From: Octopus vulgaris
Lineage: Eukaryota
NCBI GenBank assembly: GCA_951406725.2
Contig: OX597815.1
Span: 13,702,001 to 13,766,000, forward strand
DNA length: 64,000 bases
Direction of reading: 5' to 3'
Part shown: one piece after another, positions 25,880 to 40,397 of the stretch
Numbering within the stretch: position 1 is the stretch's first letter
Layout: each line of letters starts with the position of its first letter
Made by a program: the position numbers and the translations under genes
The notes under the pieces: model-generated
Database searches by the model: none
What the model saw: only the letters and a program-made list of their open reading frames with translations
What the model was told of the DNA's origin: nothing

Positions 25880-26600
25880 TCCTAATGAAAATATTTGCTT
25901 GATTATTCCATAGGTAAACAAGTAAAATGTAACCTTCCCCTCTTATTTCGTCAAGCTATAGAAAGAAACTTGCCTATTAATTAAAGGTACCAATCGATTT
26001 TGAACACACACCGTATCAGTGTAGGTTTCTCTAACACCAACAACGTTTCACAAATTATATCTTCACATAACAGCCTAACAGGTTACAATTTCTCTCCTAA
26101 TAATTCTAGTAACCTTGTTAAAACTAACAATAATATTAACGGTAATCTCTCCTTAAATGTAACCAGCATTTGCAATTGTGGCTCTAATAAAACCTGTGTC
26201 TTAATGAAAACTACCGAATTAAAAAATGCCGTATATCAATGCAAAGTTACCTCTGGTAACAACGAATTTTTTTTATAGGTCCATCCTCTACGTTTTTGAA
26301 ATGCAGACTAGCTAACAATTTCTCTACCTTCAAAGACAATCGAAGCGTAACTTCACTGGACTTAGTAAACTAAAATAGCACCTTAAAGACTCTGCCAAAC
26401 TTTTCTCCTTATCTAAATCTTTTCCCTATGATAAAGGGAACTCTTTCTGTCATCTTTGTACAGAAGAGCAATTTTTAATTCTCTTTTCCAAACATAAACT
26501 GGTAAACAGGTTTACGGAGAGAGTTTAAAATTGTACACACTGGAATAGGCATTCCTTCACTTTTTTTCAAATAGTATCTACCCATTTTCTGAAAGTTATC
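25880..26600 (+). mobile_element. Penelope-like element (Naiad-like): thumb/linker and GIY-YIG endonuclease remnant
   Basis: ILNTHRISVGFSNTNNVSQIISSHN...CNCGSNKTC...NAVYQCKV...FIGPSSTFLKCRLANNFSTF...PYDKGNSFCHLCTEEQFLI across frameshifts. Confidence 0.85.
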
Positions 26601-27116
26601 TTTTCTCTATTCTTCTATCTTACTTCCCATAACTTTTATTTCTCCCTTCTTTTTTTTTCTATTCCTACCTTAATCTATACAATTTTGCACGTACTCTCCA
26701 CTCTCTCTCTCTCTCCCTCCCTTTTTATCTTGTTTTCACTTTTCCCCCTCCCTATCTTTCTATATATTTTCTTCTTCTCTCGCCCTTTGAAGTATGTTTC
26801 CTTCACGACACTTAAATTTTTAACGTTCCCTCAATACTTGGCTTTCCATATGCGTATATATCTGTTTTCTCTCCTATATGTATGTATGCTATTTTTGTAT
26901 ACAAACGTGTATATGTTGTTAAGTAAATGTTTATCTGTGTATGTATGTGTTCGCGTCCTTTGCATGATTGTGAACGTACGTTTATGCGTATAAGTGGATG
27001 GTCGTAAACGTCTATTAACGTACACGTATGTATTTATGTATATGGTGTGAGTATATGTATAAGTGTATGTGTATGTATGAATGTATGTATGTGTCAGTGT
27101 GTATATGTTCGCATAT

Positions 27117-27447
27117 GGTGAGGGCGCGTGGCTTAGTGGTTAGGGCATTCGGCTCATGATCGTAAGGTTGTGAGTTCGATTCCCGGCGACGCGTTGTGTC
27201 CCTGAGCAAGACACTTTATTTCACGTTGCTCCAGTCCACTCAGCTGGCAAAAATGAGTTGTACTTGTATTTTCAAAGGGTCAGCCTTGTCACTCTCTGTG
27301 TCACGCTGATTTTCCCCGAGAACTACGTTAAGGGTACACGTGTCTGTGGAATGCTCAGCCATTTGCACGTTAATTTCACGAGCAAGCTGTTCCGTTGATC
27401 GTATCAGCTGGGACCCTCGTCGTCGTAACCGGCGGAGTCTTTTTTTT
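27117..27447 (+). mobile_element. tRNA-derived SINE family E (CORE-like centre) with tail type 2
   Basis: A-box TGGCTTAGTGG, B-box GTTCGATTCC; TSD TATGTTCGCATAT at 27104-27116 and 27448-27460. Confidence 0.9.
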
Positions 27448-27585
27448 TATGTTCGCATATATATATGTTCGTCTTGTTAAAAATATGTATATAGATATAT
27501 ATGTATATATATATATTTATATATATATACATATATATATATATATGTGTGTGTGTATGTGTATGTATTTGTATACACACTTGTA

Positions 27586-27635
<50 letters not shown>

Positions 27636-27779
27636 TGATTGTGTGCGTGTGTGTGTGTGTGTGTTGTATGTAACAAAGTAGGGAGACAAGTTCAAGTAGA
27701 TATCAATTCAATCTAAAATTTGTTTCTGAGTACGTTTATGTATGCGCATGCGCACATATGCATATAAATACATCATATT

Positions 27780-29142
27780 TTCCAGGACTTCCCATATCTG
27801 TAACAATGTCTATTTGATGAGTGCTGTTGTAATATATCTTTCCTCATTAGATTGAAGCATAGCTGACCATACTTCTTCTTGTCGGACGTATTTTAAGTGA
27901 TCCGTTGAAACATATGTAGGAGGGCAAAACAGGAAGTAGTAGTAATTGTGGTTCTTCAGTTCCTGTGTTGTGAATAAGGGGAGACAACTCTTTTGAGTTC
28001 TTCAATAAAAGCTGCTGATAAACCCCAGATTATAAAATTGTCATTTTAGCTTCATTTGCATTATCTTTTTTATATAATTGTTTGTTAATTTAACTTTCAG
28101 ATTTTAACACTTTATTTATATTATTTTCTAATTATATAAATTTGCATAGACAATTGCATTTCAGATTGTTATATCATAAATAATAAAGATGATGGTAATA
28201 ACAACAATAGTAAAAATGATATTTTAAGAGTATAAGTTTTTGCTTGAAGTGATGAATCTATGGTATCCTTATATATTTGTGTGAGTCCATCCATGAAGAA
28301 TGAGGTAGAAAAGGTAAGTTTGATCAACGAGGAGTTTGTATATTAAGTTTTGTTTGGAATTTTTCAATAAGGAGATTCTCCTTGTTAGTTCTCTCCTGTG
28401 TGGTGATGCCGTCTTTACATTGGTAGAAGGGGAATATATAGAAGGGGAATATATAGAAGGGGAAGCAAAAACTTATACTCTTTAAATATCATTTTTACTA
28501 TTGTTGTTATTACCATCATCTTTATTATTTATGATATAACAATCTGAAATGCAATTGTCTATGCAAATTTATATAATTAGAAAATAATATAAATAAAGTG
28601 TTAAAATCTGAAAGTTAAATTCACAAACAATTATATAAAAAAAGATAATGCAAATGAAGCTAAAATGACAATTTTATAATTTGGGGTTTATCAACAGCTT
28701 TTATTGAAGAACTCAAAAGAGTTGTCTCCCCTTATTCACAACACAGGAACTGAAGAACCACAATTACTACTACTTCCTGTTTTGCCAACATCCTAAATTA
28801 AACCAAACAACACATGGCCTTAATCCCATTGGATCCTAATACCTCAAGGTAATTTTTTCATGAACAATTATTAAACTCAAGATACACAACGAACTCACAA
28901 TGTATCGGAGTACTTATTTTTTTTTTATACATATTTACTACTATTATTCTTTTGCAAAAAACAATACAACTTTTTTTCCCCTTTCTCATTTTTAAAAAAC
29001 CTTTTCACCTAACTATTCTTGATAAGTCAAACTATGACGAAAACCGGTCTGAATAAATATATATTTATATATTTTTTCATTTTTTCAATTCATTAAAATT
29101 TTATTTCAATCGAGCATTCTGCATTTTTACAATTTTTCATTG

Positions 29143-29146
<4 letters not shown>
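27780..29146. mobile_element. PLE-derived inverted duplication (arms 27923-28245 / 28463-28786) followed by an HHR-bearing terminus and (TA)n
   Basis: Near-perfect arms of about 320 bp; minus-strand QID..MGSP RT-like motif near 27785-27820; HHR at 29014-29055. Confidence 0.75.
29014..29055 (+). ncRNA. Type I hammerhead ribozyme (U3-A8 variant, one core deviation)
   Basis: TATTC-TTGATAA-GTCA aacta TGAC-GAAA-ACCGGT-CT-GAATA. Confidence 0.7.
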
Positions 29147-29197
<51 letters not shown>

Positions 29198-30420
29198 TTA
29201 ATGATCACTTGGAATTTTTTTATTTACCAAGTTTGATTTCAACTCCTGTTCATGCAAATTTCTATATAAGACTTACGTAATAGAATGCCACTTGTTCATA
29301 CTTATACAAATGGTACTCTCCTATATTATATGTCATTCAAGGTTTGTGTTTTGCTTATATAGGAAGTGTATGAAAATTAAATAAAGATGAAAATAATTAC
29401 CATAATGAGGAAAAGATGTTGTAAGATGTAGAGAGTAAATATGGTGTCCAGAAGAAAGTAGATAAAAGCATTGTTAGGGGATAAATGAACAGTATAAGAC
29501 GAAAAAGAAGACGTCAGAGAAGAATTCAATCCTTGTTCAAGTGATTAATAGCAAATAATGATTCCTAATCCATTATTTGACATTTAAAGCTGTATTTAGT
29601 TCATAGGTTAATAACAACTTATAATTGATAGCAACATTGAGCACACATTTTAGAATCTACTATAGAAGCAATTTGGATTCGTAAATTACTTGGTTGGCAA
29701 ACTCTGTAGAGCATCGGATACAAATGCGATAATTTGACACGTAAGGTTATACAATGATTTCATTTCTTGACTCTAATGGCACTGACTTTCATCTTCACTA
29801 TGTCGATAAGAAGAAAGTATTGGGATCGATTTCTTCGACTATTTACCTACAAGCAAGGTTTTGGCATGCGCCTATGTAAGTAATCTATAACACTGAATTA
29901 GTTTGAAAGGGTTAATAAATTGACTGATTCGCTAAAGATATCATGTATAGCGACATGTTTATTTAGCTATTTAATTGATCATGTTACCTTCTCATGTGTC
30001 TCGAGATTAATGAGTATCAAGGAGCATATAATTAATTGCTTCATGATTAACATTAACTGATCGACAAATGGAATACCATAATGCATAGCAAGTGTATTGG
30101 ATACAAGCCTGCCTAGCATCCATTCATCAATTTTCTTTTACAAGTGTGTATGTGTGTGTGTTTGTGTGTGTGTGTCTACCAGCGTGTGTTCGAGTATACT
30201 CGTATGTATGTATATACACAAATGCATATGTATGTACATATATTTCAATATATGCTTATGTACACACGTACATGTACAGGTGTAGAGATGTCGATGCAGA
30301 TATACACACATGTTTGGATGTACGTATATAATGCTGTATCTAGAAAGAGAAAGAAAGTGAGATGAGATAGTAATACAATAAGAGAGGACACTAAGGGAAA
30401 GTACCTTGTATCTAATCATA

Positions 30421-30719
30421 CATGGGTTGGACAAAATAATGGTAACACCTAGCATCTTAGTATCGTAATTTTAAAATTTCTAAGAAACCGTCAAAAGTTT
30501 CTTTATTTTTATGTCTTTTGGTTTATTATTGTTGCTTAATATGTTTTGTTAAAATTGCTCTTTCTTTTCAGATATCATCAGAAAAAGGTAATTAAAATTT
30601 ATTAAGATTATTGATCTGTTGGAATTTCAAAGATGTCAAATTGTTGGTGCTAGCATGGCAGGCGCTAGCGTAAAGAAAAACAGCCAAAATGTTTGGTGCA
30701 TCAAGAAATACTGTCTCGA

Positions 30720-30721
<2 letters not shown>
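30421..30721 (+). mobile_element. Tc1-like transposon left end and transposase HTH remnant
   Basis: TA|CATGGGTTGGACAAAATAATGG TIR-like start; DLLEFQRCQIVGASMAGASV..TAKMFGASRNTVSK resembles the Tc1 paired-like HTH. Confidence 0.8.
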
Positions 30722-30753
<32 letters not shown>

Positions 30754-30754
<1 letters not shown>

Positions 30755-31048
30755 TAGCAGTATCGCCAGGCGTTGCTCGGGGTTGTAAGGGAGATAACTA
30801 TATAAGCATTTTTAGAGAGTTACTTCCCTTATATAATAGCAAAAAAATGCATTACAAATGGGAAAAAATGATGGTAATTTTTTTTTAAATCGTAGACTCA
30901 TCGTAGACGCGCGCTAATACCCAGAAGGGCTCGATATGAATCACGACTATAAGATACCCGCTTTTGGTTAAACTGTACCGCAAAGTGTGGGAGTAGTTAG
31001 GAATCTAAATCGTAAGAGACAGACACACAACGTCAGTTTTATATATAA

Positions 31049-31051
<3 letters not shown>
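30754..31051 (-). mobile_element. Non-autonomous Helitron inserted in (TA)n
   Basis: 5' TC; 3' CCCGAGCAACGCCTGGCGATACTGCTAG, matching the 59405 end. Confidence 0.8.
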
Positions 31052-31096
<45 letters not shown>

Positions 31097-31351
31097 TTAT
31101 ATAAACTTCTTTATGCATAAATACATATATATGTGTCCCACGCATACAGAAAACCTGCTTTTCCTGCCAAGGGCTTTATGTGTTCCATTACTAGGCTATT
31201 TTCATTAGTCATTGTGCGGTGATCGCTATAAGCTTTAAGCTTATAAAATACTATTATCATTATTTAAAGAATTGTAAAAATGGGCACTGCTTAACAAAAC
31301 CACTAACAATAAATAAAAAGCACAGGATAGTTTGTGTAAAAAAAGCAACTA

Positions 31352-31617
31352 ATAAAATAAATAAATGCGCCCTTTTAAAGCCTAGCAAGGCTCATGGGCT
31401 CGGTTTTCCGGTTTCAATGGCGTATGTGTTCCCCAGCTGGACGGGACGCCAGTCCATCGCAGCGTTACTCGTTTTTGCCAGCTGAGTGGACTGGATCAAC
31501 GTGAAATGAAGTGATTTGCTCAAGAACACAATGCGCGTCGCCCGGTCCAGGAATCGAAACCCCCAACCTTACGATCATGAGTTCAGCACCTTAACCACTA
31601 AGCCACGCGTCTCCACA
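31352..31617 (-). mobile_element. SINE family E head with tail type 3
   Basis: Head and centre as at 27117; tail CTGCGATGGACTGGCGTCCCGTCCAG...GAAACCGG...(ATTT)n; TSD AAAAAAAGCAACTA at 31338-31351 and 31625-31638. Confidence 0.88.
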
Positions 31618-32086
31618 AGAAAAAAAAAAAAGCAACTACGAACTAATTATATTTCTTAAATCTGATTGAAAAAAACAGTTTGGTTCGATAGTGTAATTGG
31701 TAGCGTAAACAGAGAGGTGTGGGTTCGGATCCCACGTGTAAGGAAAACTTACTTTACTGTCGAGTGCTTATATGTCCCACGATCAGACTATTCTCTTTAG
31801 TCATTGGGCGATATAAGCTTATAAAATTCTATTATATATATATATATATATAATATCTTACGAAAAGCAAATATAAAATACACGTGGAAATGTAAGGGTA
31901 AAATATGAAAAATCAACGAAAATGCATATTGCAAATAGAAAAAGACTATTTATGACATGTAGTGACAAATATATACATTTAGATTGACTGAGGTAGTAAT
32001 ACGAGTCATAAAGGTCATTATTTTGAGATGATTATAAGATGATAATAAAGTAAGAGAACAAAACGAACCAGTGGTTTACGCGAAGG

Positions 32087-32188
<102 letters not shown>

Positions 32189-32520
32189 ATATATATATAT
32201 ATATATATCATAATATTTTTACAAGTAATACACTCATACATATATATACCATATGCGTAACTATATGTCTTTATATGCATGTGTAGACGCGTATCTATTT
32301 CTATTATGTAAGTATATATATATGCTCAGAGAAACAGACAGGCAAAGGAAGCATGATATATGTCTATATGCTACGTTTATGCAAATGTTTTTTTTCTTTC
32401 TTTTATTCGTGTATATGCATATGTGAACCGGAAAACATGTTAGGTTTTTTTTTTCTTCCTCAAAGGCGAACGCACTGCAATTGTGACAAATCATCAAGTA
32501 GATCAAAATTAGAAGAAAAA

Positions 32521-32582
<62 letters not shown>

Positions 32583-33070
32583 ATATCTCTATGCTTTAGT
32601 AAATACACAAATGAGGGCCTCGGATCGATGAAATTAACAGTCGCTATGAGAGTTTATCATGAATTTGAACGGATATTCAACGTTGTCTTTGATGCTTAAG
32701 AGAGAAATGCAGGAAATGTTGCATCCATTAGCATATATCACATTGCTAATCCGCAGACACATTACATCAGCTCAGTTTATTGTCAATAAGTAATATCTAA
32801 TGCCTTTATTGTTGTCTCTTATTAATGGATTCTGCTATAAATCTAATGTTTTGACTACTGAAATATTCATTCAACTACATTACCTACATCATGATGTGGT
32901 ATGATATGATACGACCATTACGTCTTCAATTTATAATATATGTGATTTAGACACACAACCTTGCAACCACACGCACACACATGCACATACACACACATAT
33001 ATATATATATATATACATACATAAAGACATATATACATTTATATGTATATATGTATATATAAATATGTGA

Positions 33071-33107
<37 letters not shown>

Positions 33108-33815
33108 AATATATATATATATACATACGCACACACACATATATATATTCATATATATACACCATACGCTTGTGGTGAGCGTGCAACAAAAGCTAAGCTG
33201 CAATCGCGAAAAGAAATAAAATTTTGCTCGAAGACATTTTGATTTGTGCTACGTCACTAATGGGAAAATCTTAAACACATTTCTTCCTCCTTTCACGATA
33301 ATAATACTTGTTCATGGCCAACGTTATCTGAGCTGAGAGCGAGGTGCAAAATTGTAAAACATCAAGCAAGATGTTGTTAAGATTTAAAAAGAGGCGTCGT
33401 TGATACGCAACAGAAAATAGTATCATGATCCTTACCTATGTAATCAAAGAAGCCAAGATGATATTGGCATTAGGGGACTGAATAACGTTCTCAACGTACT
33501 CGCTCCGACTCATTGCAATCCCATTTGAAATCTTGCCGCGGTCAACTGTGTCTTTTGTCTGCTGGTGTTCGTTAAAAATATACCAAATCAGCGATAAATT
33601 TGCAAATCAGTGATTCACAAGAGATTACTAAGGGTATCTGTTCAAGCATTCCGTTTCATGATAAACATCGTTGGCTTGATAGGCAAAGACATGCATGTAT
33701 TGTGCAACTGCAAATTTCGTCAACGACACCATTTACAAGCTTGCGATACAGGTGTAGTCACAAGGTCCACCTAACCGACGATGTTTCTGTACATAATGAG
33801 TGTAACCAAGTTTTA

Positions 33816-34184
33816 GTTAGGGCAGCGGACTCGCGGTCATAGGATCGCGGTTTCGATTCCCAGACCGGGCGTTGTGAGTGTTTATTGAGCGAAAACACCT
33901 AAAAAGCTCCACGAGGCTCCAGCAGGGGGTGGTGGTGATCCCTGCTGTACTCTTTCACCACAACTTTCTCTCACTTTTATTTCCTGTTTCTGTTGTACCT
34001 GTGTTTCAAGGGGCCGGCCTTGTCACTCTCTGTGTCACGCTGAATATCCCCGAGAACTACATTAAGGGTGCACGTGTCTGTGGAGTGCTCAGCCACTTAC
34101 ACGTTAATTTCACGAGCAGGCTGTTCCGTTGATTCGGATCAACCGGAACCCTGATCGTCGTAACCGACGGAGTGCTTCCATTCC
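33816..34184 (+). mobile_element. SINE family A (5'-truncated) with tail type 2
   Basis: Homology to the 140 and 9759 copies; flanking AACCA(A)GTTTTAGT direct repeat. Confidence 0.9.
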
Positions 34185-36150
34185 AACCAGTTTTAGTCAT
34201 CACCGCAATTGCCAATGCTGAGAAAGAGTTGATTTGATTCGTGTTATGAATTTGTGTTTTTTCATTTATACAAAAATACTAAGGACAACAAACAAGAATT
34301 TTTGGATTGAATATGATATCATGACAAGCAATCCAGGTACTATGACCCCTAATACTAGTAACTCTAAGAGATATGAGAGTTGTGACTCCCTTTTACACAT
34401 GCATACAATAGGGATTGATCCCAAGCCTTATCACTGCAGGAAAAAACCTGTTATCGTTGAGTGTCCCAACTATGTCCAATGGATGAATTTCCCTTTAGGC
34501 TATAAAGCGTATATATATGCCGAGTAGTTACCCCATGTTCTCATCATATAAGGGTCACCATTGACGGGACTGTTGATTTCACGTGACGTTACCGGCCTCA
34601 CCTACATTCATTCTCAAATGGAGCCTCTAAATTCTACCTCCCTAGATATATACATACATACACCATCCCAAGTACTAGAATATTCCCTTTACATTATCTT
34701 AGTACGTAGACTTTGTGGCTTCCCCGCATGGAATTGCTCGCTATTCTTTGCCATCATGATACCTAGTTACTCGATAGGTTCTCTGACGTAAGCTTCTCGT
34801 GTAAGCACAAATTGTTCTCTGCATTGGCCCACTACGTAAAGTTTTCTTGATTTACTCTAATTATGTTAAGGCCTTATTCTTTTGCACCCCATCTAAGTAT
34901 ATTTTCATCCACCGCTACCCCGCCCTGACTCCTCTTTTTCATTAATTATCTTCTCAGTTCTCTCTAGGCAGACACCATCCTTCACTGTTAGTGAGCCCCT
35001 CTTAACCCCCAATGACGTTCCCTTTCATCACACTGACCTGAACTCTACTTTCTCCCCTCCTCTCCTTGCTTCTTCTATTCTATCTCTGATCATTTCCACT
35101 AAGTCATAGAAACCCTTCTCTATACATACATACATATGCATATATGTGTCTCTGTCTGAGTGTGTCTGTGTGTATGAACAGTATGTGTGCGTGTGTGTGT
35201 GAAGCATGCGGGCATGCGTGTGTGTGTGTAGCATGCGGGCGTGCGTGTATGTGTGTGTGCGTGTACAACGAGAGAGTGAAAGAAAGTGGAAAAATTGAGG
35301 CATTTGTAGACATAGGCATGTTGTATCCCGTTCTGTCCCGCAAACTTAGCGATCGTAAAACAGAGTTTTATGCAATAAAATGGAATTAAGTGTTCAAACA
35401 ATATACCTAACACAAGTGACTAAAACTGTACCAAAAGAGAAGAATAAAGCAATATATGTGCTTACTGGTAAGCAGTAGTTTGAGCTGAAAAACGAACGAA
35501 GAACCTTATGAAACCACGTCACAATATGAAAACGTTTCATATTTTTGGCTCATTCCCTCCTATTGTGTATATTATTCGGTATTATTATTATTCCTTATTT
35601 ATTTTATTTATTTATGTGCAGCGCTTATTCCCCAAATTTCACTACTGAATCCGAACTTATCAGAATAAAATACATTTTATACCAAAGAGTTGCATAGAGA
35701 TCAAACCTGTAAATGTTGCGTATGAAGGAGGAGGAATGAGAAATCCATACCATTGGTTCATTACATTTAAATGAATATAGATTCGAGAACATTCCAAATC
35801 TCATACGATTTTTAATCCTTCAGTAAATAATTTAATTTCGCCCGGTTGATTTTTATTAAAAAATCGTTTATAATTATTATGTGAATTTCTACGTTTTAAT
35901 TCTTGTTAATTATATAGCCGTAAGAAAATATCTTAAAATATAACGTATACTTAATTTTACAGTAAATACTTTACATAATCACCTATTTATGTAATCAACA
36001 AATTCGTTTCTAAAGATTTAAAATTAGTTAAACTACCCGAAGGTGTTATGAAATTTAAGATGAATTGATTCTTTAAAAATTAATATAAGAAAAACATGTT
36101 ATGTAACTTAAATGCATTATATGCAATGTTTTGTAAAATAGTCACCTTCT

Positions 36151-36196
<46 letters not shown>

Positions 36197-36348
36197 TACA
36201 TACATACATACATACATATGCATCTCTGTTTGTGTTTGCGTGTTGGTGCGTGAATGCATGTGTGAGTGTACAAGCGTAAGCGGATTTATGTATTAACACA
36301 CACACACACACACACACACAGACACACACACACACACACACACACACA

Positions 36349-37177
36349 TTGGAAGGGAGGACGCTCTGAAACTCCCATACTCCCTTCCTTCTGGAGAAAT
36401 TCTCATGGCGTCCAACAACATCAGAGACTTGGGAGTAACAGTGGACAACAACATAAGCTGGGCTACACATATAAGCAGCAAAGTTGACATGGCTCGCAGA
36501 ATGTGTTCCTGGATTCTCAGAACCTTCCAGTCGAGAGATTCCCACACTATTATCCTTCTCCTCTCCACTTTTGCCCGACCCCACCTTGAATACTGCTGTC
36601 CACTGTGGTCTCCCTACACAAAAAAAAATATTATGAGAATTGAAGCTCCCCAAAGGTCAATCACAAAAAAGATAGATGGCATGTCAGACCTTGACTACTG
36701 GGGTAGACTAGAGAAGCTGAAACTGTATTCACTCCAACGACGCCGTGAACGCTACATTATCTGTATGATGTGGAAAATATTCCATCAGCACTGTCCGAAT
36801 TATGTTGGCATCACCTTCAAAATACATCTAAGGCTTGGACCACGTGCCATCCGTCCACAACAAAAATCTAAATCGCATCACATAACGACAATACGGCACA
36901 ACTATTTCACCTCAATTGGACCCGCTCTCTTCAACATTACACCAGGACACGTCAAAAAAGAAACTGACCACACAAAATTCAAGAAGTCTTTGGACAAATT
37001 CCTTCAAACAGTCCCGGACAAACCACCCACACCCGGATATGTCTCCGCAAACAATAACTCTCTGCTCGAATGGGCCTTGGTGCCCAAATCCTGAATTGAA
37101 AGACTTCGCCAGGTGGTGCTATTAAGTTAGACATGGCCTGGGGCAATACTGGCCAAAACCTTTCTAAGTTATTCTAA

Positions 37178-37180
<3 letters not shown>
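36349..37180 (+). mobile_element. Young 5'-truncated CR1-like LINE with an intact 229-aa RT C-terminal ORF (36405-37094)
   Basis: DLGVTVDNNISW...RPHLEYCCPLWSP...LYSLQRRRERY...FKKSLDKFL; 3' motif GGTGGTGCTATTAAGTTAGACATGGCC, TTCTAAGT tandem tail, then (TA)n. Confidence 0.92.
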
Positions 37181-37227
<47 letters not shown>

Positions 37228-37744
37228 ATATAAATATATATATATACACATATATATAATTATTTGAAGGAATATTATTCCTAACTTACAGAGAAAAATT
37301 CAATTCATAACTCATTTAAAATCCAGATAGATAATTTAATCGTTGAACTTTGTAACAGATTTTGTTTATCAATATTGTTTGGATCTTTCTTGCATTATTT
37401 TGAGGTTGATCGTTGTTATCATTATTATTGTTGTTATTGACTGGATTTGTAGAGGACTGTTGTGGTTGAATATCTTCATAATGTATTGTTCATTTATTCC
37501 AATATTTTTGCACCTTTCTTTAATTTATGGGGCTTAAATGTTCCTTACTTTCCATTAGTAAATAATGTTCGCCATTATATCATTTTTATATATATTGATT
37601 GTTATAAGTTACGATAGATATAAATTATTATATGTATTTATTTAGATTTTTTTATATAAAAGGATCTAACGTATTACATTAAATTTAATTTTAGAATTAA
37701 TTTTGTTAGAATTGTTTTTAATTTTCGCTTAATGTATATCTAGT

Positions 37745-37878
<134 letters not shown>

Positions 37879-38036
37879 GTGTCCTGTACTCACGTATATT
37901 CATTTATATATGCATGTATGTATACATGTAGATGTAGGTACGTACATATATGTTTGTATGTATGCATATATTTTAATTATATATATATATTAAAGTATAT
38001 TTATTAATTAATTATTTTGTTATTCTAGCTTATTTT

Positions 38037-38144
38037 TAACCTGATAATTGGATATATATATATATCGAAGTGATTCTACTACTACTATCAATTAAATTTT
38101 ACTATAGTCATTTCTTAAATATAGCCACGAAACACGTGTCGTTA
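38037..38144 (+). ncRNA. Candidate hammerhead ribozyme with a long insertion in stem II (degenerate)
   Basis: TAAC-CTGATAA-tTGG...(about 75 nt)...CCAc-GAAA-CACGTG-TC-GTTA; C3-A8 mismatch. Confidence 0.5.
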
Positions 38145-38299
38145 TTCTACCAAATATATACGTTTTTTTCTTGCAATTTACTTAATCTTCGGTATATTAT
38201 TGTTATATTAATTTTAATATTTCTATTATATGCAATTTTCTAGATGGCGTAATTCAATTGTTCGTTTTGAATTTATAAAAAAGTGGTTTTATTCTAATT

Positions 38300-38337
<38 letters not shown>

Positions 38338-38759
38338 AATCGAGGTTGACAGAAGGAGAATGCAACACATATAATTCTTTGCACAAAACTGTTATATCCC
38401 TATCAATATTTCGGGGAATTATTTCTTTGCTACCTAGTGTTAAGTTCGTGGTACTTGTTGATGTTTACTCCCTGTCCTATGAACAAAGATTCTCCGTTCA
38501 TGACTCGTCGGATTTTCTTTATTTATGTGGCCTTCAGTAAGACGGTAGACTGGTATTTAAAGTAGATATGTTTGCTATTTCTAGCAGAGCAAACGATCAA
38601 ATACCAGTACCTACACATCAATGTGACCGATTCATCTATATTTCTACTTCATGTTGTAGTCCTTACGGAAGGATCTGAAGTATTTTAAATGTACATACAT
38701 ACATACATACATACATATGTACACACATACATACACACATACATACATACATAATCAGT

Positions 38760-40225
38760 CCCCCAAACCCCAAACTTATTAATGGTTTCATTATCTCTCC
38801 TGCCCCACACAAAGAATGCTACAAGTACTTAGGCATTGCTGAAAACATATCATACGAAAAAATTTAGAGTGACTCCAGTATATTATGACAGATTTTGAAA
38901 TATATTGCAGTCGGAACTCACCACTTACCCATATTGGATATGCACTGCCGGTGTTTATTCTAACATTTAGGATTCTTGGCAGGTCCAGTGAAAAATCCCA
39001 GATGATTGTTCCAGTCAAAAATCCACTCCATAGACGTTAAAAGCCGCAAGATAATGACATCAACTTGAGATCTTTATAAAAATAGTGATATCTACAGGGT
39101 CTCCCCAAAAAGAGATAAAAGGAGGTAGAGGCTTGAGATCAGTGCAGACAGTCTTCGGTAAACAGCAGCAGTAAACATAAATACATTAACTTAGTGCTGA
39201 AAAGTACGGAGAACAAAATACTACGTGTTTGTAGGGAGCCCGTCAGGAAGCACCCTAACCTTGATTACCTTCAATAGAACCCCAAAACAGCCGGATTAAC
39301 ATACCGCAACGATGACCCTGATGTGACACGCTCAGCATGCCAAAAGAAGGCCATGCTTGTTTATATTACCCGACGAGAGTATTATCACTCATGGACAAGT
39401 GACTGTTACATCATGTCACACTTCGAATGCTTTTGCAATCCAAGTGCTGGAGATTACTACAAAATACCCACTAAACAAAGGAGACAATGAAACCCTTGAA
39501 GTTCTATGATGCAACTACAGGTGCAAATTATATCATATATCTGTGGATGAGACATGTGACATGTGATTAGCAGATACCCCAAAATATTGTCATGGTACTA
39601 CCTCCCAATGCCACACGATGTTGTCGCAAAAACAATATACAATGCCATTGGGAGATAAAAATAAAACCACTGTGCTAGAGTAAATACGAAGAATACCCCT
39701 GTTAATGAATACGTACGCGAACATATAGAGAAGCTATACTGGTAGGACATTCCCATGAAAACATGTGATAAGTCTAAACATGATAGATCGGATATTTATG
39801 ATTGACACTGTTAAGTGAGATATGCACTGCCATAGAGGCCAGCCGTCCTACTGACACGAATATCTCTTTGAAAATCAAAGAGAAAGCTAATAACTATGGA
39901 TAACTCTATCGAAACCTTCAGACTCTATATCCAGATTTTAAATTTAAAAATTTATACAAGTAATATTTGATGCTCTTGGTTTGTAACTAAATGCCTATAT
40001 GACAATGTGAATAAGTTAGGGTTTTCAGACAAAGAACAGGACCAACTAACTTGCAAATTACAAATATAATCTGTAAGCAGAACAGTTAAAATATTCAGGG
40101 CTTTTCTCCAGTTTAAATTGTAGCATTAGTTTTGTTATCTACATTCCGACGATGGATATTCGTATCTTTGTTAGGGACGAGCTCCTTTGTCAGGAATTTT
40201 AATAAATTACAAAACAGAGGGGAAT
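38760..40225 (+). mobile_element. Decayed R4/Dong-like non-LTR retrotransposon (RT end, Zn-knuckle, restriction-like endonuclease) flanked by (CATA)n
   Basis: YKYLGIAENISY; GGRGLRSVQTVF; FAIQVLEITTKY; CNYRCKL...HVIS...YYLPMPHDVVAKTIYN; YW*DIPMKTCDKSKHDRSDI; IEASRPTDTNISLKIKEKANNY; stop near 40123. Confidence 0.85.
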
Positions 40226-40331
40226 ATGCACACATACATGCATACATACATATATACATACGTACATATATACATACATGTATACATACATACATATGTG
40301 TGTGCGTGTGTGTGTGTGTGTGTATGTGTGT

Positions 40332-40397
<66 letters not shown>

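Noticed and set aside
27117-27190. tRNA gene candidates in SINE heads (also 140, 18790, 21780, 31680)
   Set aside because: A/B boxes are present but they continue into SINE bodies, several with TSDs, and no full cloverleaf was found.
34430-34900. Possible non-LTR RT remnant
   Set aside because: Motifs too degraded to support a call without a homology search.
36405-37094. Intact 229-aa ORF as a host gene
   Set aside because: It is the C-terminus of a 5'-truncated CR1-like RT with a LINE tail.
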